Source of the DNA: Helicobacter sp.
Lineage (GTDB): Bacteria; Campylobacterota; Campylobacteria; Campylobacterales; Helicobacteraceae
Assembly (NCBI GenBank): GCA_029264775.1
Contig: JARHYT010000021.1
Location: 1 to 55,648 of the forward strand
DNA: 55,648 nt
Direction: 5' to 3'
How positions within the stretch are numbered: the first letter of the stretch is position 1; every line of letters starts with the position of its first letter. Shown piece by piece: positions 20,973-31,225 of the stretch. The position numbers and the translations under genes were made by a program. The notes under the pieces are model-generated. The model saw nothing but the letters and a program-made list of their open reading frames with translations. It was not told the origin of the DNA and searched no databases.

Positions 20973-22051
20973 TGGGTTTATTATTCGCAATAATTGCTTT
21001 ATCTTTACTTATATTTTTTCATGAATTAGGACATTTTTTATTTGCTAAGTTTTTTGGTGTTAAGGTTGAAACCTTTAGTATTGGTTTTGGAAAGAAACTA
21101 TTTAGTTTCACATATAAGGATACGCAATATGCTATATCCGCTATTCCTCTTGGTGGCTATGTGAAATTAAAAGGTGAAAACAAAACAGATTCTAAAAATG
21201 AGGATAATATACAAGATTTGAATAAAGATTCTTTGAAAGATTCTTTATTTGATAAACATCCGTTAGAACGCATAGCAATTTATTTTGCTGGACCATTATT
21301 TAATTTTATCATCGCTTTCATTATGTATTGCTTTGTATTTTCAAATGGTGTTCATAGTTATTCACAAAATGCCATTGTTGGCAGTATTGGTGATGAATAT
21401 GGTGCTTATGGTATATTAAAGAAAAATGACGAAATTATAAGCATCAATGGGAAAATGGTATCAAAATTTAGTGATATTTCAAATATATTAAATGATTCTA
21501 ACAATAGATTAGAAAAAGAAGCAAAAATAACAATCCTTAGACAACACAACACAGAATCTATAAAGCAAAAAATAGAAGTTAATGTGCCACTCACATATAA
21601 ATATAATAAAGTATTGCTGGGTATTGCACCAATTGAACAAATATACTATTTGGGTGCATTAGATATAATTGATAATGCGTATAGAACAACTCTTGAAAAC
21701 ATTGTGATGATATTTTATGGATTAAGGGATTTAATATTAGGCGTTATAGGTATTGATAATATTAGTAGTGTTATAGGTATTGCAGATGTAAGCTCTAAGG
21801 TGTATAATGTTAGTTTTGTTAGTTTTGTTGGAGTTATTGCTTTAATATCTATCAATCTTGGAATTATTAATTTGCTACCATTGCCTATGCTTGATGGCGG
21901 ACAAATAATCTTTTCTTTATATGAATGGATAACAAATAAAAGTATAAATCAGAAGGTATCTAATATATTGGTAGCTGTTGGATTTAGCTTTATAATAACT
22001 TTAATGTTAATTGGCACTTATAATGATATTATGCGTCTTACATCTAGTTAG
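20972..22051 (+). CDS. rseP: RIP metalloprotease RseP
   Basis: HELGH, FSIGFG, PLGGYV, NLLPLPMLDGG; TAATG coupling to pgsA. Confidence 0.95.
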   Translation: MGLLFAIIALSLLIFFHELGHFLFAKFFGVKVETFSIGFGKKLFSFTYKDTQYAISAIPLGGYVKLKGENKTDSKNEDNIQDLNKDSLKDSLFDKHPLERIAIYFAGPLFNFIIAFIMYCFVFSNGVHSYSQNAIVGSIGDEYGAYGILKKNDEIISINGKMVSKFSDISNILNDSNNRLEKEAKITILRQHNTESIKQKIEVNVPLTYKYNKVLLGIAPIEQIYYLGALDIIDNAYRTTLENIVMIFYGLRDLILGVIGIDNISSVIGIADVSSKVYNVSFVSFVGVIALISINLGIINLLPLPMLDGGQIIFSLYEWITNKSINQKVSNILVAVGFSFIITLMLIGTYNDIMRLTSS

Positions 22052-22352
22052 TCTTTAAAGTATAATAACATGCAAAACAGATTCTATAGTTACAATAAAA
22101 TCATCTATTATTTTTTTAAATTTACAAATGATTTTACAAAGTTGCTTTTGTTTTATAACTAGTTGCAGTAATATATCTTTTACTTCAAAATACTATATTT
22201 AATATATAAAATCTCTTGTTGCAAGGTAATTTTTGTGGTTTTGCTAAAAATCTATTCCTTTGTATTTTTCAATAAGAATCTAGCTTTATTGGACTTATTC
22301 AAATTTTATCCATATAACACACTATATTTGATATTTTAAAAACAAAATATAT

Positions 22353-23012
22353 TTATTGTTTGTTGTTTTCAAGCTTTATCTGCGTAATCACCACATTTTC
22401 ATCTATATCTTTAAATATACCAAATAAGCTTATTAGCGTTGCACTTACTGCATTTAAACTTTCCATATCTGCTTTTATTTTAGATTCTGTATTGACTATT
22501 GCCCTTACTTCAAACCCGCAATATTCACTATATTTTGTTTGATGTGTACTTTTTTTTATAATTTGGTCTTGTTGCATTTTTTGGAATTGTATTTGTGCTT
22601 TTTGGAATTGTATTTTATGCTTTTTAGGTTTCATTTCGTTTTGTTCTGTAGTCTTTTGTGCTTGTTCTTGTTTTGCTTTAATATATGTTTTTATATTAAA
22701 ATTTGGTTTAAAGCTTGGTATAAAGCCAGAATAATATTTAAGCGTATCTGTTCTTATTATATTTGTTGGATTTATTTTTATATCTATGCCACTAGTTGGT
22801 ATTTGGTAGCAGAGTGGAAATATCTCGTTTGTTGCTTTTATTGCGTTGATACCCGCTGTTATTGCAATTTGTAAGTATGAATCTTTTTTGTCATTTATCA
22901 TGAATTTGTCAAAGCTTTTAGGAGAAACAATCAATAATCCTATTGAGCTACTTTCATAATACTTAATTGGTTTTTGTGCTATATTTTTTAATTCTGTTAT
23001 ATTGTGCTGCAT
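22353..23012 (-). CDS. Divergent MoaC-fold protein, probably catalytically inactive, with an internal insertion
   Basis: QIAITAGINAIKATNEIFPLCY and ADMESLNAVSATLISLFGIFKDID align with MoaC blocks; AAGGA RBS. Confidence 0.75.
   Translation of the reverse strand: MQHNITELKNIAQKPIKYYESSSIGLLIVSPKSFDKFMINDKKDSYLQIAITAGINAIKATNEIFPLCYQIPTSGIDIKINPTNIIRTDTLKYYSGFIPSFKPNFNIKTYIKAKQEQAQKTTEQNEMKPKKHKIQFQKAQIQFQKMQQDQIIKKSTHQTKYSEYCGFEVRAIVNTESKIKADMESLNAVSATLISLFGIFKDIDENVVITQIKLENNKQ
22578..22619. repeat. 21-bp tandem duplication inside the MoaC-like insertion
   Basis: tttttggaattgtatttgtgc / tttttggaattgtattttatg, encoding IQFQK twice. Confidence 0.75.
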
Positions 23013-23226
23013 AATATTTCCTTAATTGTATGATAATGTTTGACTATATTTAGATGTTTTATTATATCTAAATTAGTATAAATTTAATCTTTGGTGTTAC
23101 TTTGGTTTAAACATGATTATATTAAATGGATATTTATGGAAATTACATAAAAATCATGCAGAATACATGTGATTTTATTGCATTTTGAAGTAATTTTATC
23201 GTATCATAATTTATAAAATTAAGTTT

Positions 23227-23235
23227 TGATATAAT
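23227..23235 (+). promoter_or_regulatory. Extended -10 promoter of obgE
   Basis: TGATATAAT about 65 nt upstream of ATG. Confidence 0.6.
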
Positions 23236-23299
23236 ATGTAGGTTTTAAAGTAATTTATAAGACAATTATTTAGATATATTATTATTTATAGGGGATATT

Positions 23300-24469
23300 A
23301 TGTTTGTAGATAGTGTATCAATTTTTATCGCATCTGGACATGGCGGAGCCGGTGCAGTTAGTTTTAGGAGAGAAAAATTTGTAATTCAAGGTGGTCCTGA
23401 TGGCGGCGATGGTGGTCGTGGTGGTGATGTGTATTTTTTAGTAGATAAAAATACTTCTACATTAGCAAATTTTCGTGGGCATAAAAAATATGTAGCTGGC
23501 AATGGTGCACCGGGTGAGGGAAAGAATCGCAATGGCAAAAAAGGAAATGATATGATAATAAAAGTACCGCCCGGTACTCAGGTGATAAATCAAAAAAACA
23601 ATGAGATATTATTAGATCTAATTAATGATGTTGATAAAATAAAGATTCTAAGTGGCGGTAAAGGTGGTCTTGGTAACTCACATTTTAAAAACTCTACAAA
23701 TCAAGCACCAACATACGCACAAAAAGGGCTTGCCGGAGAGGAGCTAAATATAAATTTGGAATTAAAGCTTATTGCAGATGTGGCTCTAGTAGGCTTTCCA
23801 AATGTTGGTAAATCAAGTCTGATTTCAACCATTACAAATTCTAAACCAAAGATAGCAAACTATGAATTTACTACACTTATACCAAACCTTGGCGTGGTTG
23901 ATATTGACGATTTTAATTCTTTTGTTATGGCAGATATTCCCGGACTAATACAGGGTGCTAGTCTTGGTAGGGGGCTTGGATTACAATTTTTACAACATAT
24001 CGAGAGGACAAAACTTTTACTTTTTATGCTCGATGTATCCTTTTTTGATTTTAATATTGAATCTAATCCACAATATAAAACAATGTTTGATTCTATAGAT
24101 TGCACGGATACTGAGCAAATGGTTCTAAAAAAGCAACTATGCGTATTGCAATATGAAATTATGCAATACTCTCATATACTTGCAAATCGTCCCTATGCAA
24201 TAGCTTTAACAAAAAGCGATGTAATATTGCATGAAAATTTTATGGATTTGAAGTTTCATGATAATCAATTAGCACATTTACAATCACCTATTTATATTTC
24301 CAATCCATTAAAGGATTTTATGGAGCATGGAATAAAGATTACCATTGAAAAGGAAAATGATTTAACCATGTCAAATCCATTATTTGTTGTGCCTATTTCA
24401 TCAGCCACAAATTTAAATTTAGATATATTGAAAAGCATGTTGTTTTTTTCACTTAAATCATTAGAATAA
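23300..24469 (+). CDS. obgE: GTPase ObgE
   Basis: Gly-rich Obg domain [32 protein letters not shown]. Confidence 0.97.
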   Translation: MFVDSVSIFIASGHGGAGAVSFRREKFVIQGGPDGGDGGRGGDVYFLVDKNTSTLANFRGHKKYVAGNGAPGEGKNRNGKKGNDMIIKVPPGTQVINQKNNEILLDLINDVDKIKILSGGKGGLGNSHFKNSTNQAPTYAQKGLAGEELNINLELKLIADVALVGFPNVGKSSLISTITNSKPKIANYEFTTLIPNLGVVDIDDFNSFVMADIPGLIQGASLGRGLGLQFLQHIERTKLLLFMLDVSFFDFNIESNPQYKTMFDSIDCTDTEQMVLKKQLCVLQYEIMQYSHILANRPYAIALTKSDVILHENFMDLKFHDNQLAHLQSPIYISNPLKDFMEHGIKITIEKENDLTMSNPLFVVPISSATNLNLDILKSMLFFSLKSLE

Positions 24470-24579
24470 ACATGTGTCCCAGTTTTACTAGATAAAAATA
24501 AGCTAAAAAAATGAAAAAAAACTATATAAATATTTTTTTATAGTAAAATTTCATAAACTAAAGTAAGTAAGGGTCGTGT

Positions 24580-25086
24580 ATGCCATTTGTTGTAATTATC
24601 ATGGGTAGCAAGAGTGATTGGCAAATAATGAAAGAATGCGTTGCTATTTTAGATAAATTTAATATTTCTTATGAGGTTCATGTATCATCAGCACATAGAA
24701 CGCCAACTAGAACAAGAGATATAGTGATAGATTCACAAAATCGAGGTGCGGTAGTTTTTATTGGAGCAGCGGGCATGGCAGCACACTTAGCTGGTGCAAT
24801 TGCTGCACATACACTTAAACCTGTAATAGCGGTACCTCTTGCAGGTGGCATTTGCGATGGTTTAGATGCACTTCTGTCAAGTGTCCAGATGCCACAGGCA
24901 ATTCCTGTTGCCACAATGAGTATTGGCAGGGCAGGTGCTATTAACGCGGCATTTTATGCTATGCAGATTCTATCTTTGTTACCACATTATCAGTATTTAT
25001 CAGAGATGCTTGAAAATGAGAGGATTGATAAGGCTAAGCAGTTGGAGCAGGATACTGAGGCGATTCGCAAAGAGATTTCTATTTAG
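24580..25086 (+). CDS. purE: N5-CAIR mutase
   Basis: IMGSKSD, SAHRTP, AGMAAHLAG, LSSVQMP. Confidence 0.96.
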   Translation: MPFVVIIMGSKSDWQIMKECVAILDKFNISYEVHVSSAHRTPTRTRDIVIDSQNRGAVVFIGAAGMAAHLAGAIAAHTLKPVIAVPLAGGICDGLDALLSSVQMPQAIPVATMSIGRAGAINAAFYAMQILSLLPHYQYLSEMLENERIDKAKQLEQDTEAIRKEISI

Positions 25087-25107
25087 TAATGAATAAAAGG
25101 AAGTATT

Positions 25108-26136
25108 ATGGCAGGGCAAGATAATATTAACCGACAAGATTTCAAAACCATAAGAGAAATGCAAGAGGAAATGCAAGAAAGTTTGCAAAATGAGAAGATA
25201 GAGATACAAAAACAAGTAGAAGAGATTCGAAAAATATCAAATGGTGAAGCCGATAAAGAGGCTAGAAAAACACAACAAGATTTTCCAAGTATAACCAATG
25301 CAAAGACAATTAAAGAAAGTATGGCAGATTGGATTGATGATGCTGGAACTAGTGTGGTAGATGAAACTAGGGCATTAGATGGTTTAACGCCAAATTCTTC
25401 ATTAAAAGGCAATATAGCCTTGTCGAATTCCAAGAATGCAAACATAACAACTAATCAACATATTTCACAGAAGTTACAAGACGATGCATTAAAAGACATC
25501 ACTAATGGCGTTAATATTGAACAACATATACAATCATCGCCCATGATTCAAAAAAGCCTTGAGCAACAAGTAGTAGCTAAGCAAACAAAAGCTATGGAGA
25601 CTAATATGGCAGAGTCAAAGCAAGAAAGGTATCAGCAAATAGTAGTAAATAATGCTAAAGCTAAACAAGAGACTTGGATTTTATTAGATGAATTTTTAAG
25701 ACTTTCTGGCTTAGAAAAGGAAAAAGTGCAAGAACTAATAAATGATAAAAGCATAAAAAGTAAGCAAGAAAATGGTAGTATATATGTTGAGGCAAGCACC
25801 GGAACTTCCGCACTTATAAAGAAGGTTGAAAATAGGCTTGTATCTCTTGATATGAATGGCAATGCACTTGATCCTGTCTTTGTTGAAAAAACCATAGCTA
25901 CCATTTTAGGTCTCCATGATAAAGTTTTGAGTGCCAAAGATGAAACTATATCGGCTTTTAAAAGTGAAAATAGTTTTTTAAAAGAAGCCCTTGTCTCTAT
26001 GCAGGAAATTTATGATGATGATAAAAAGACAATTGAGATTCTAAGGCAACAGCTACAAAAGACACAAGAAGAAGTTGAATTTGTAAAAAGAAAATATAAA
26101 TTAATGTGGGGTAAAGTAAGCAATAGTACGACTTGA
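25108..26136 (+). CDS. DUF3972-type coiled-coil protein with long N-terminal extension
   Basis: FVEKTIATILGLHDKVLSAKDET and EVEFVKRKYKLMWGK; lies after purE as recalled for C. jejuni. Confidence 0.78.
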   Translation: MAGQDNINRQDFKTIREMQEEMQESLQNEKIEIQKQVEEIRKISNGEADKEARKTQQDFPSITNAKTIKESMADWIDDAGTSVVDETRALDGLTPNSSLKGNIALSNSKNANITTNQHISQKLQDDALKDITNGVNIEQHIQSSPMIQKSLEQQVVAKQTKAMETNMAESKQERYQQIVVNNAKAKQETWILLDEFLRLSGLEKEKVQELINDKSIKSKQENGSIYVEASTGTSALIKKVENRLVSLDMNGNALDPVFVEKTIATILGLHDKVLSAKDETISAFKSENSFLKEALVSMQEIYDDDKKTIEILRQQLQKTQEEVEFVKRKYKLMWGKVSNSTT

Positions 26137-26516
26137 TTTTATTTTTTCTATACATTTATATTATCTGAATTTTGCATGATTGTATTAGCGTGAAGCTATA
26201 TTTGTTGGATATATTATGGAATAGTTTCGCTAGTTTTAGATCTCAAATAAGCAATTAAACTCCACAGCATAATTTTACATTATATTAACACTTAAAATAT
26301 AATAGCAACAAATCAATATACAATACTAAATGATAATTAAATGTTTAAATATATTTTATTTATCGATAAGATATATGAAAATCATCATTGGCTAAATACG
26401 CTCAACAACAAAACATCAATTATATCATATAAATACAACTATCATATTAGATTGCGATGTTAGTTGTGTTTTAATGTGATTATTTATATGGAGTTAAAAA
26501 TATTAGAGTGCATACT

Positions 26517-26558
26517 GCTAAAACAAGCTCCCTATATACAGGGGAGTGTTTAGTTAGC
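26517..26558. terminator. Hairpin terminator downstream of petC
   Basis: ctccc-tatatacag-gggag core with imperfect extended arms, about 12 nt past the petC stop. Confidence 0.65.
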
Positions 26559-26570
26559 ATATGTTTGTAA

Positions 26571-28037
26571 CTAGTGTAAATCTCTCCAAATTTTATTTTT
26601 CCACATATAAGCAAGGATTGAGAGTAATACAAAGAAACCTATTAACCATAAACCTAGAGAATCTCTATCGCTTTTTTTACTATCTCCGATAGTCTCTAAA
26701 TAATTTACAACTTGTTGCTCTGCTTCTTTTGTTAATCCTACTCTAGGCATTGATTTACCAAATGGCATAAATCCTAAGTCTTTTGCCATGTTTGTATAGT
26801 CATCTTCTTTTTGCCAACTATCTCTAGTTGTGTTGTTTGGTAAAGATATTTTATAGTATTGTGCATCTCTTAGATCAATCTCTTCAAAGATTTTTTCTTT
26901 TGATTTCTCATCTATATCTGGGTTTTGCTGCAATACTGCGTCTTTATCAGCCTTTCTTTTTTCTTGAACAAGTCCGTTTATGATTGATTTTTGAATATCT
27001 ATTAAAGGAACTTTTTGTGGATTATTTATAAACATTGATAACTCATGAGCACCTTTAGATCTTATCATCATTGATAAATCCGGTGCATAATTACCCAAAT
27101 ACCCTTTTATTTGTTCTTTGTCTGTAAGAGCCTCTATGCCGTTACCAAAGCCAGATTCTTTTAAAGCATGTGCTAACACTACATTAACACCATAATCTTC
27201 AATAGTTTTTTCAGATATGGAATTATTTTGCTCATTTAGCTCATCTTCTGTGAGATTAGCCCTTTCACTTGCCTTTAAAGACGACAAAGATTCATTTAAA
27301 AATACCTTATCACTATCACTAAGAGAATTTAAGAAGTTTTCACTACCATCTTTTTCTAATCGCGATAGCATATCTTTTGCAATTTTATTAGACTCTGCGA
27401 AGAATTTAGAATCATATTGTCCTCTATCATAATCAGCCCCATGACATCTATTGCAAGCTTCTAGGAATACCTCTTTATCACTAATGCTTTTTGGTGCTAT
27501 ACTTTTTAAATAAGCAACCACATTTACTATTTCCTCATCACTCATTATACCATTGAAGGCGTTCATGGGATACATTTCCTTGCCCTCATTTCTTGATTCA
27601 CATTTTGCCATTTGTTCTTCGTCTAAACCATCACAAGATACTGCGAATTTAGCTTCAAGAGAAACAGCTCTAACAGGGTCTTTTATGAAATGTGCTAAAA
27701 AATTAGAGTTAAATATTAAACCTGCATTTGATAAATCTGGAGGGACAACTCCACCATTACCTGCTGGTTGAATGGTCTTAGGATGTCTCATATTAAAATC
27801 AGCTTCTGCTTGTGAATTAAGCGTATGGCAAGAAGTACAATTAATCATAAATGATTCTTTACCTGCTTGTATATCTGCTGTGCTAAAATCAAATTTTCCA
27901 TATTTTTCTAAATCTTTAAATTCATAATCACTTGATGCTGTTTCTGGGTGCATAGCATGATGTGCTAATGGCTCTACACCATAATAAATAACACCTATAA
28001 TAAAAGCAACTATTACAAAAATCTTTAATTCTCTCAT
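26571..28037 (-). CDS. petC: Dihaem cytochrome c1 of the bc1 complex
   Basis: CTSCH and CNRCH haem motifs, PPDLS, MPRVGL, C-terminal anchor ending IWRDLH. Confidence 0.93.
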   Translation of the reverse strand: MRELKIFVIVAFIIGVIYYGVEPLAHHAMHPETASSDYEFKDLEKYGKFDFSTADIQAGKESFMINCTSCHTLNSQAEADFNMRHPKTIQPAGNGGVVPPDLSNAGLIFNSNFLAHFIKDPVRAVSLEAKFAVSCDGLDEEQMAKCESRNEGKEMYPMNAFNGIMSDEEIVNVVAYLKSIAPKSISDKEVFLEACNRCHGADYDRGQYDSKFFAESNKIAKDMLSRLEKDGSENFLNSLSDSDKVFLNESLSSLKASERANLTEDELNEQNNSISEKTIEDYGVNVVLAHALKESGFGNGIEALTDKEQIKGYLGNYAPDLSMMIRSKGAHELSMFINNPQKVPLIDIQKSIINGLVQEKRKADKDAVLQQNPDIDEKSKEKIFEEIDLRDAQYYKISLPNNTTRDSWQKEDDYTNMAKDLGFMPFGKSMPRVGLTKEAEQQVVNYLETIGDSKKSDRDSLGLWLIGFFVLLSILAYMWKNKIWRDLH

Positions 28038-29269
28038 TATTCACCACCTTTTTTATTTTCTGCCATAGTAACTAGAGGCAATACAATGAATAGCAGGATA
28101 AGAAAGCCAAAAGAAGCCACTAAACCTACATATTTTGCACTACCATCAGGTGGTAATTTACCATAAACTGTAAGCACGATTAAGTCAATAATTAAAAGAA
28201 TATAAAAAAGTAAAAAGCCCGGTCTTTTATGTGCTGGTTTTACTACTTTACTTCTATCAAGCCATGGAAGAACAAAAAATATAACTTGTGCAATACCAAA
28301 AAATACTAAACCTAGATTAGCACTAAAAAATATCCCGCGTAACACTTCATAACTCCATAGAAAATACCATTCAGGATAAATGTGTGCTGGAGTAGCAAGA
28401 GAATTAGCCCTTTCAAAATTTATAGGATCCATAGCAAAATCGAAATGATAACATGCTAATGCAAAGAATAGAATCATAAAAAGAGATACAATGAAAATAT
28501 CTTTACATAGGAAATCTGGCCAAAACCTAATAACCTTTGCATCTTTTTTGTTTCCCTGCATATATTTTTGTGCCTCTGCGTCAAAATCTATTTCTTCTCC
28601 TTCTTGATTATTAACATGTGGCATTCTTAGAGAATAGAAATGTAAAGCAATTAGTATCAAAATAACAACAGGCAATAAAAATACATGCAACATAAAAAAT
28701 CTTGTAAGCGTAGAATCAGCCACAACATAATTTCCTCTAACCCATTCTACAACATCACTACCAATTAATGGAATACCCCCAAAAAGGTTTGTAATAACAG
28801 CAGCTGCCCAATAGCTCATTTGTCCCCAAGGTAACATGTAACCACTAAAAGCTTCCGCCGAAAATACAACAAACAAAATCATGCCACTAATCCAAATCAT
28901 TTCTCTACCATTTTTATAAGAACCATAGTAGATAGCTACGAACATATGAATATATATGATCACAAATATCATACTAGCAGCAACAGCATGTATATGTCTC
29001 CATAGCCAACCAAATGCAACCTCTTGCATAATTGTGTAATTCACAGAATCATATGCTAGTTTTGCATCAGGTTTATAATACATTAATAGAAATATTCCAC
29101 TTATCACAAGAAGTCCAAATAGAGTTAATAGAACAACTCCCATAGCCCATAGCCAATTTATATTTTTTGGAATCCAGTATTTAGTCATCATAACTTCAAC
29201 AAGCTTTTTTGTAGCTAGTCGTTGATCAAGCCATTCTCCAATATTTTTTGTTTCTTTTATATGTGCCAT
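28037..29269 (-). CDS. petB: Cytochrome b
   Basis: GYMLPWGQMSYW and PAHIYPEWYFL motifs, haem-ligand histidines. Confidence 0.97.
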   Translation of the reverse strand: MAHIKETKNIGEWLDQRLATKKLVEVMMTKYWIPKNINWLWAMGVVLLTLFGLLVISGIFLLMYYKPDAKLAYDSVNYTIMQEVAFGWLWRHIHAVAASMIFVIIYIHMFVAIYYGSYKNGREMIWISGMILFVVFSAEAFSGYMLPWGQMSYWAAAVITNLFGGIPLIGSDVVEWVRGNYVVADSTLTRFFMLHVFLLPVVILILIALHFYSLRMPHVNNQEGEEIDFDAEAQKYMQGNKKDAKVIRFWPDFLCKDIFIVSLFMILFFALACYHFDFAMDPINFERANSLATPAHIYPEWYFLWSYEVLRGIFFSANLGLVFFGIAQVIFFVLPWLDRSKVVKPAHKRPGFLLFYILLIIDLIVLTVYGKLPPDGSAKYVGLVASFGFLILLFIVLPLVTMAENKKGGE

Positions 29270-29278
29270 TTTTACTCC

Positions 29279-29794
29279 TTATGCTTTTGTGGCAGCTGAT
29301 ATCATAGCTTCATAAACTTCACTTGTCTCACCAAGAACTAAAGTAGAATCACCTTTTATAGCAAATGGAGGTATATCAAATGGTCTCGGAGGTGGTGTGC
29401 CTGCAACATTTACACCGCTTGAGGTAAATTCACCACCATGACATGGGCAATGAAAATATCCCTCGTTTGATTTCCAATTAGGGATACAACCCAGATGCGT
29501 ACAAATTTGTATGCCAACGCTGTAATACGCATCTCCAAGTTTGAAATCCCTTGCGGGTAATATTTTTTCACCAGCTTTTTTTTTCATAATATATACAGGT
29601 TTGCCACGCCATTGAGTATCTTTTAACTCGCCTTCTTGCATACCACTAACATCAACAGTTGTAAAACCGGCAGAAACAACACTAGGTAATGGGTCCCAAG
29701 TTTTCTTCATAGCAACAAGAGAAGCTATAGCACCTATGCCAGCTACTCCGCCTAATGCCATACCAAGAAAATCTCGCCTTTTCACATCGGTCAT
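29279..29794 (-). CDS. petA: Rieske iron-sulfur subunit
   Basis: Tat RRDFL, CTHLGC, CPCHG; AAGGAG RBS before ATG 29794. Confidence 0.97.
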   Translation of the reverse strand: MTDVKRRDFLGMALGGVAGIGAIASLVAMKKTWDPLPSVVSAGFTTVDVSGMQEGELKDTQWRGKPVYIMKKKAGEKILPARDFKLGDAYYSVGIQICTHLGCIPNWKSNEGYFHCPCHGGEFTSSGVNVAGTPPPRPFDIPPFAIKGDSTLVLGETSEVYEAMISAATKA

Positions 29795-29925
29795 TATTAT
29801 CTCCTTTAAAAATTGACAAAAATATGTAGAAATCCTTACACGAAAAAACATGCAAAAAAACTTTAAGATTCTAATAAAAAAACACTTAAAAAAATATTAT
29901 ACAAAGTCATATAGTGATAAAAAAT

Positions 29926-29934
29926 TGCTAAAAT
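29926..29934 (+). promoter_or_regulatory. Extended -10 promoter of nadE
   Basis: TGCTAAAAT 40 nt upstream of ATG. Confidence 0.6.
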
Positions 29935-29974
29935 TGCAAATGTTTTACTTTATGTAAATTTAATAAGGATATAC

Positions 29975-30742
29975 ATGCAAAAGGTTACACAAGCGACATT
30001 AGATTCCATAGTATCATTTTTACAAGTGGAAATTAAACGCAGGGGATTTAAAAAGGTGGTTTTAGGGCTTAGTGGAGGTATAGATAGTAGTGTTGTGGCA
30101 ACTCTTTGTAATCGTGCATTTAAAAGCAAGGATATTGTAAAAGTTTTGATTATGCCATCAACGCGATCATCTAAAGCGAGTATAGAAGATTCTATTGTTT
30201 TGTGTGAAAAATTTAATATTTGCTATGAAATTTTACCCATAAGGGAGTTTGATAGCGTATTTTGCAAGTTATATCCACATTGTACTAATATCGAATATGG
30301 TAATTTTTGTGCTAGAATGCGTATGGCTACTTTATACCATGTTTCACAAGCAGAACAGAGGCTTGTAATTGGAACTAGCAATAAATCTGAAATAATGTTA
30401 GGTTATGGAACATTGTTTGGAGACTTGGCATCTGCTATAAATCCTATTGGAAATCTATATAAAACGCAAATATATCAATTAGCACATATATTAGATATAC
30501 CACGAATTTTAATCGATAAAGCACCCAGTGCTGATTTATATGAGGGGCAAAGTGATGAAAAAGATTTAGGGTATAGTTATGCGGATATTGATATATTTTT
30601 AGAATCTTATTTACAATGTGATAAAAATATAGAAAAATTAAGCAATTATCCAATAGACATGGTTGAGAACCTTTGCAATAGAATAGATAGAAATACTTTT
30701 AAACAAGAATTGCCAAAAATATTCATGGATTTGAAATTTTAA
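29975..30742 (+). CDS. nadE: NH3-dependent NAD+ synthetase
   Basis: GLSGGIDS, ARMRM, GTSNKSE, PSADLYEGQSDE. Confidence 0.96.
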   Translation: MQKVTQATLDSIVSFLQVEIKRRGFKKVVLGLSGGIDSSVVATLCNRAFKSKDIVKVLIMPSTRSSKASIEDSIVLCEKFNICYEILPIREFDSVFCKLYPHCTNIEYGNFCARMRMATLYHVSQAEQRLVIGTSNKSEIMLGYGTLFGDLASAINPIGNLYKTQIYQLAHILDIPRILIDKAPSADLYEGQSDEKDLGYSYADIDIFLESYLQCDKNIEKLSNYPIDMVENLCNRIDRNTFKQELPKIFMDLKF

Positions 30743-31225
30743 TTTTTAATCATAAGTTTAAGATTGTCGTGTATTTTTACTGATTGTTGTATTCAAACTA
30801 AATAGGTTTTTGTAGTTATGATCGTATTAATTTAATGTGTTTTATATGAGATATAAAAGCATTGATTTGAAAAGAGTGTTTAAATTATTCTATCACTCAT
30901 AATAAAATATATTATTTGCTGTGAATATTATACAAAACAAATGTAAAAAATTTAGCATATTGTAACTTTATTGCTATATTTACTCGTAGTGCTAGTGTTG
31001 CATATATCATCATGTGTGCAATATCTTAGCTCTTATAAAATATGTATGTTTATTGCAATTTTGGTGGTATATTTTAATGCTTAGAGCATCTTAAGAATTA
31101 AATATATGATTATGCAGGTTATGGTGCTTTAGAATAAATAATAATTTTTCATACTATTAAATACCATAATTGCTACCACATTTTCAACTGCGGGTGATTT
31201 GCAATGTATTTGATTAAAGTTTTAT

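Noticed and set aside
30743-31225. Long intergenic region as possible ncRNA or MITE (also 26137-26516, 49558-49973)
   Set aside because: No terminal inverted repeats, shared repeats or recognisable RNA family seen
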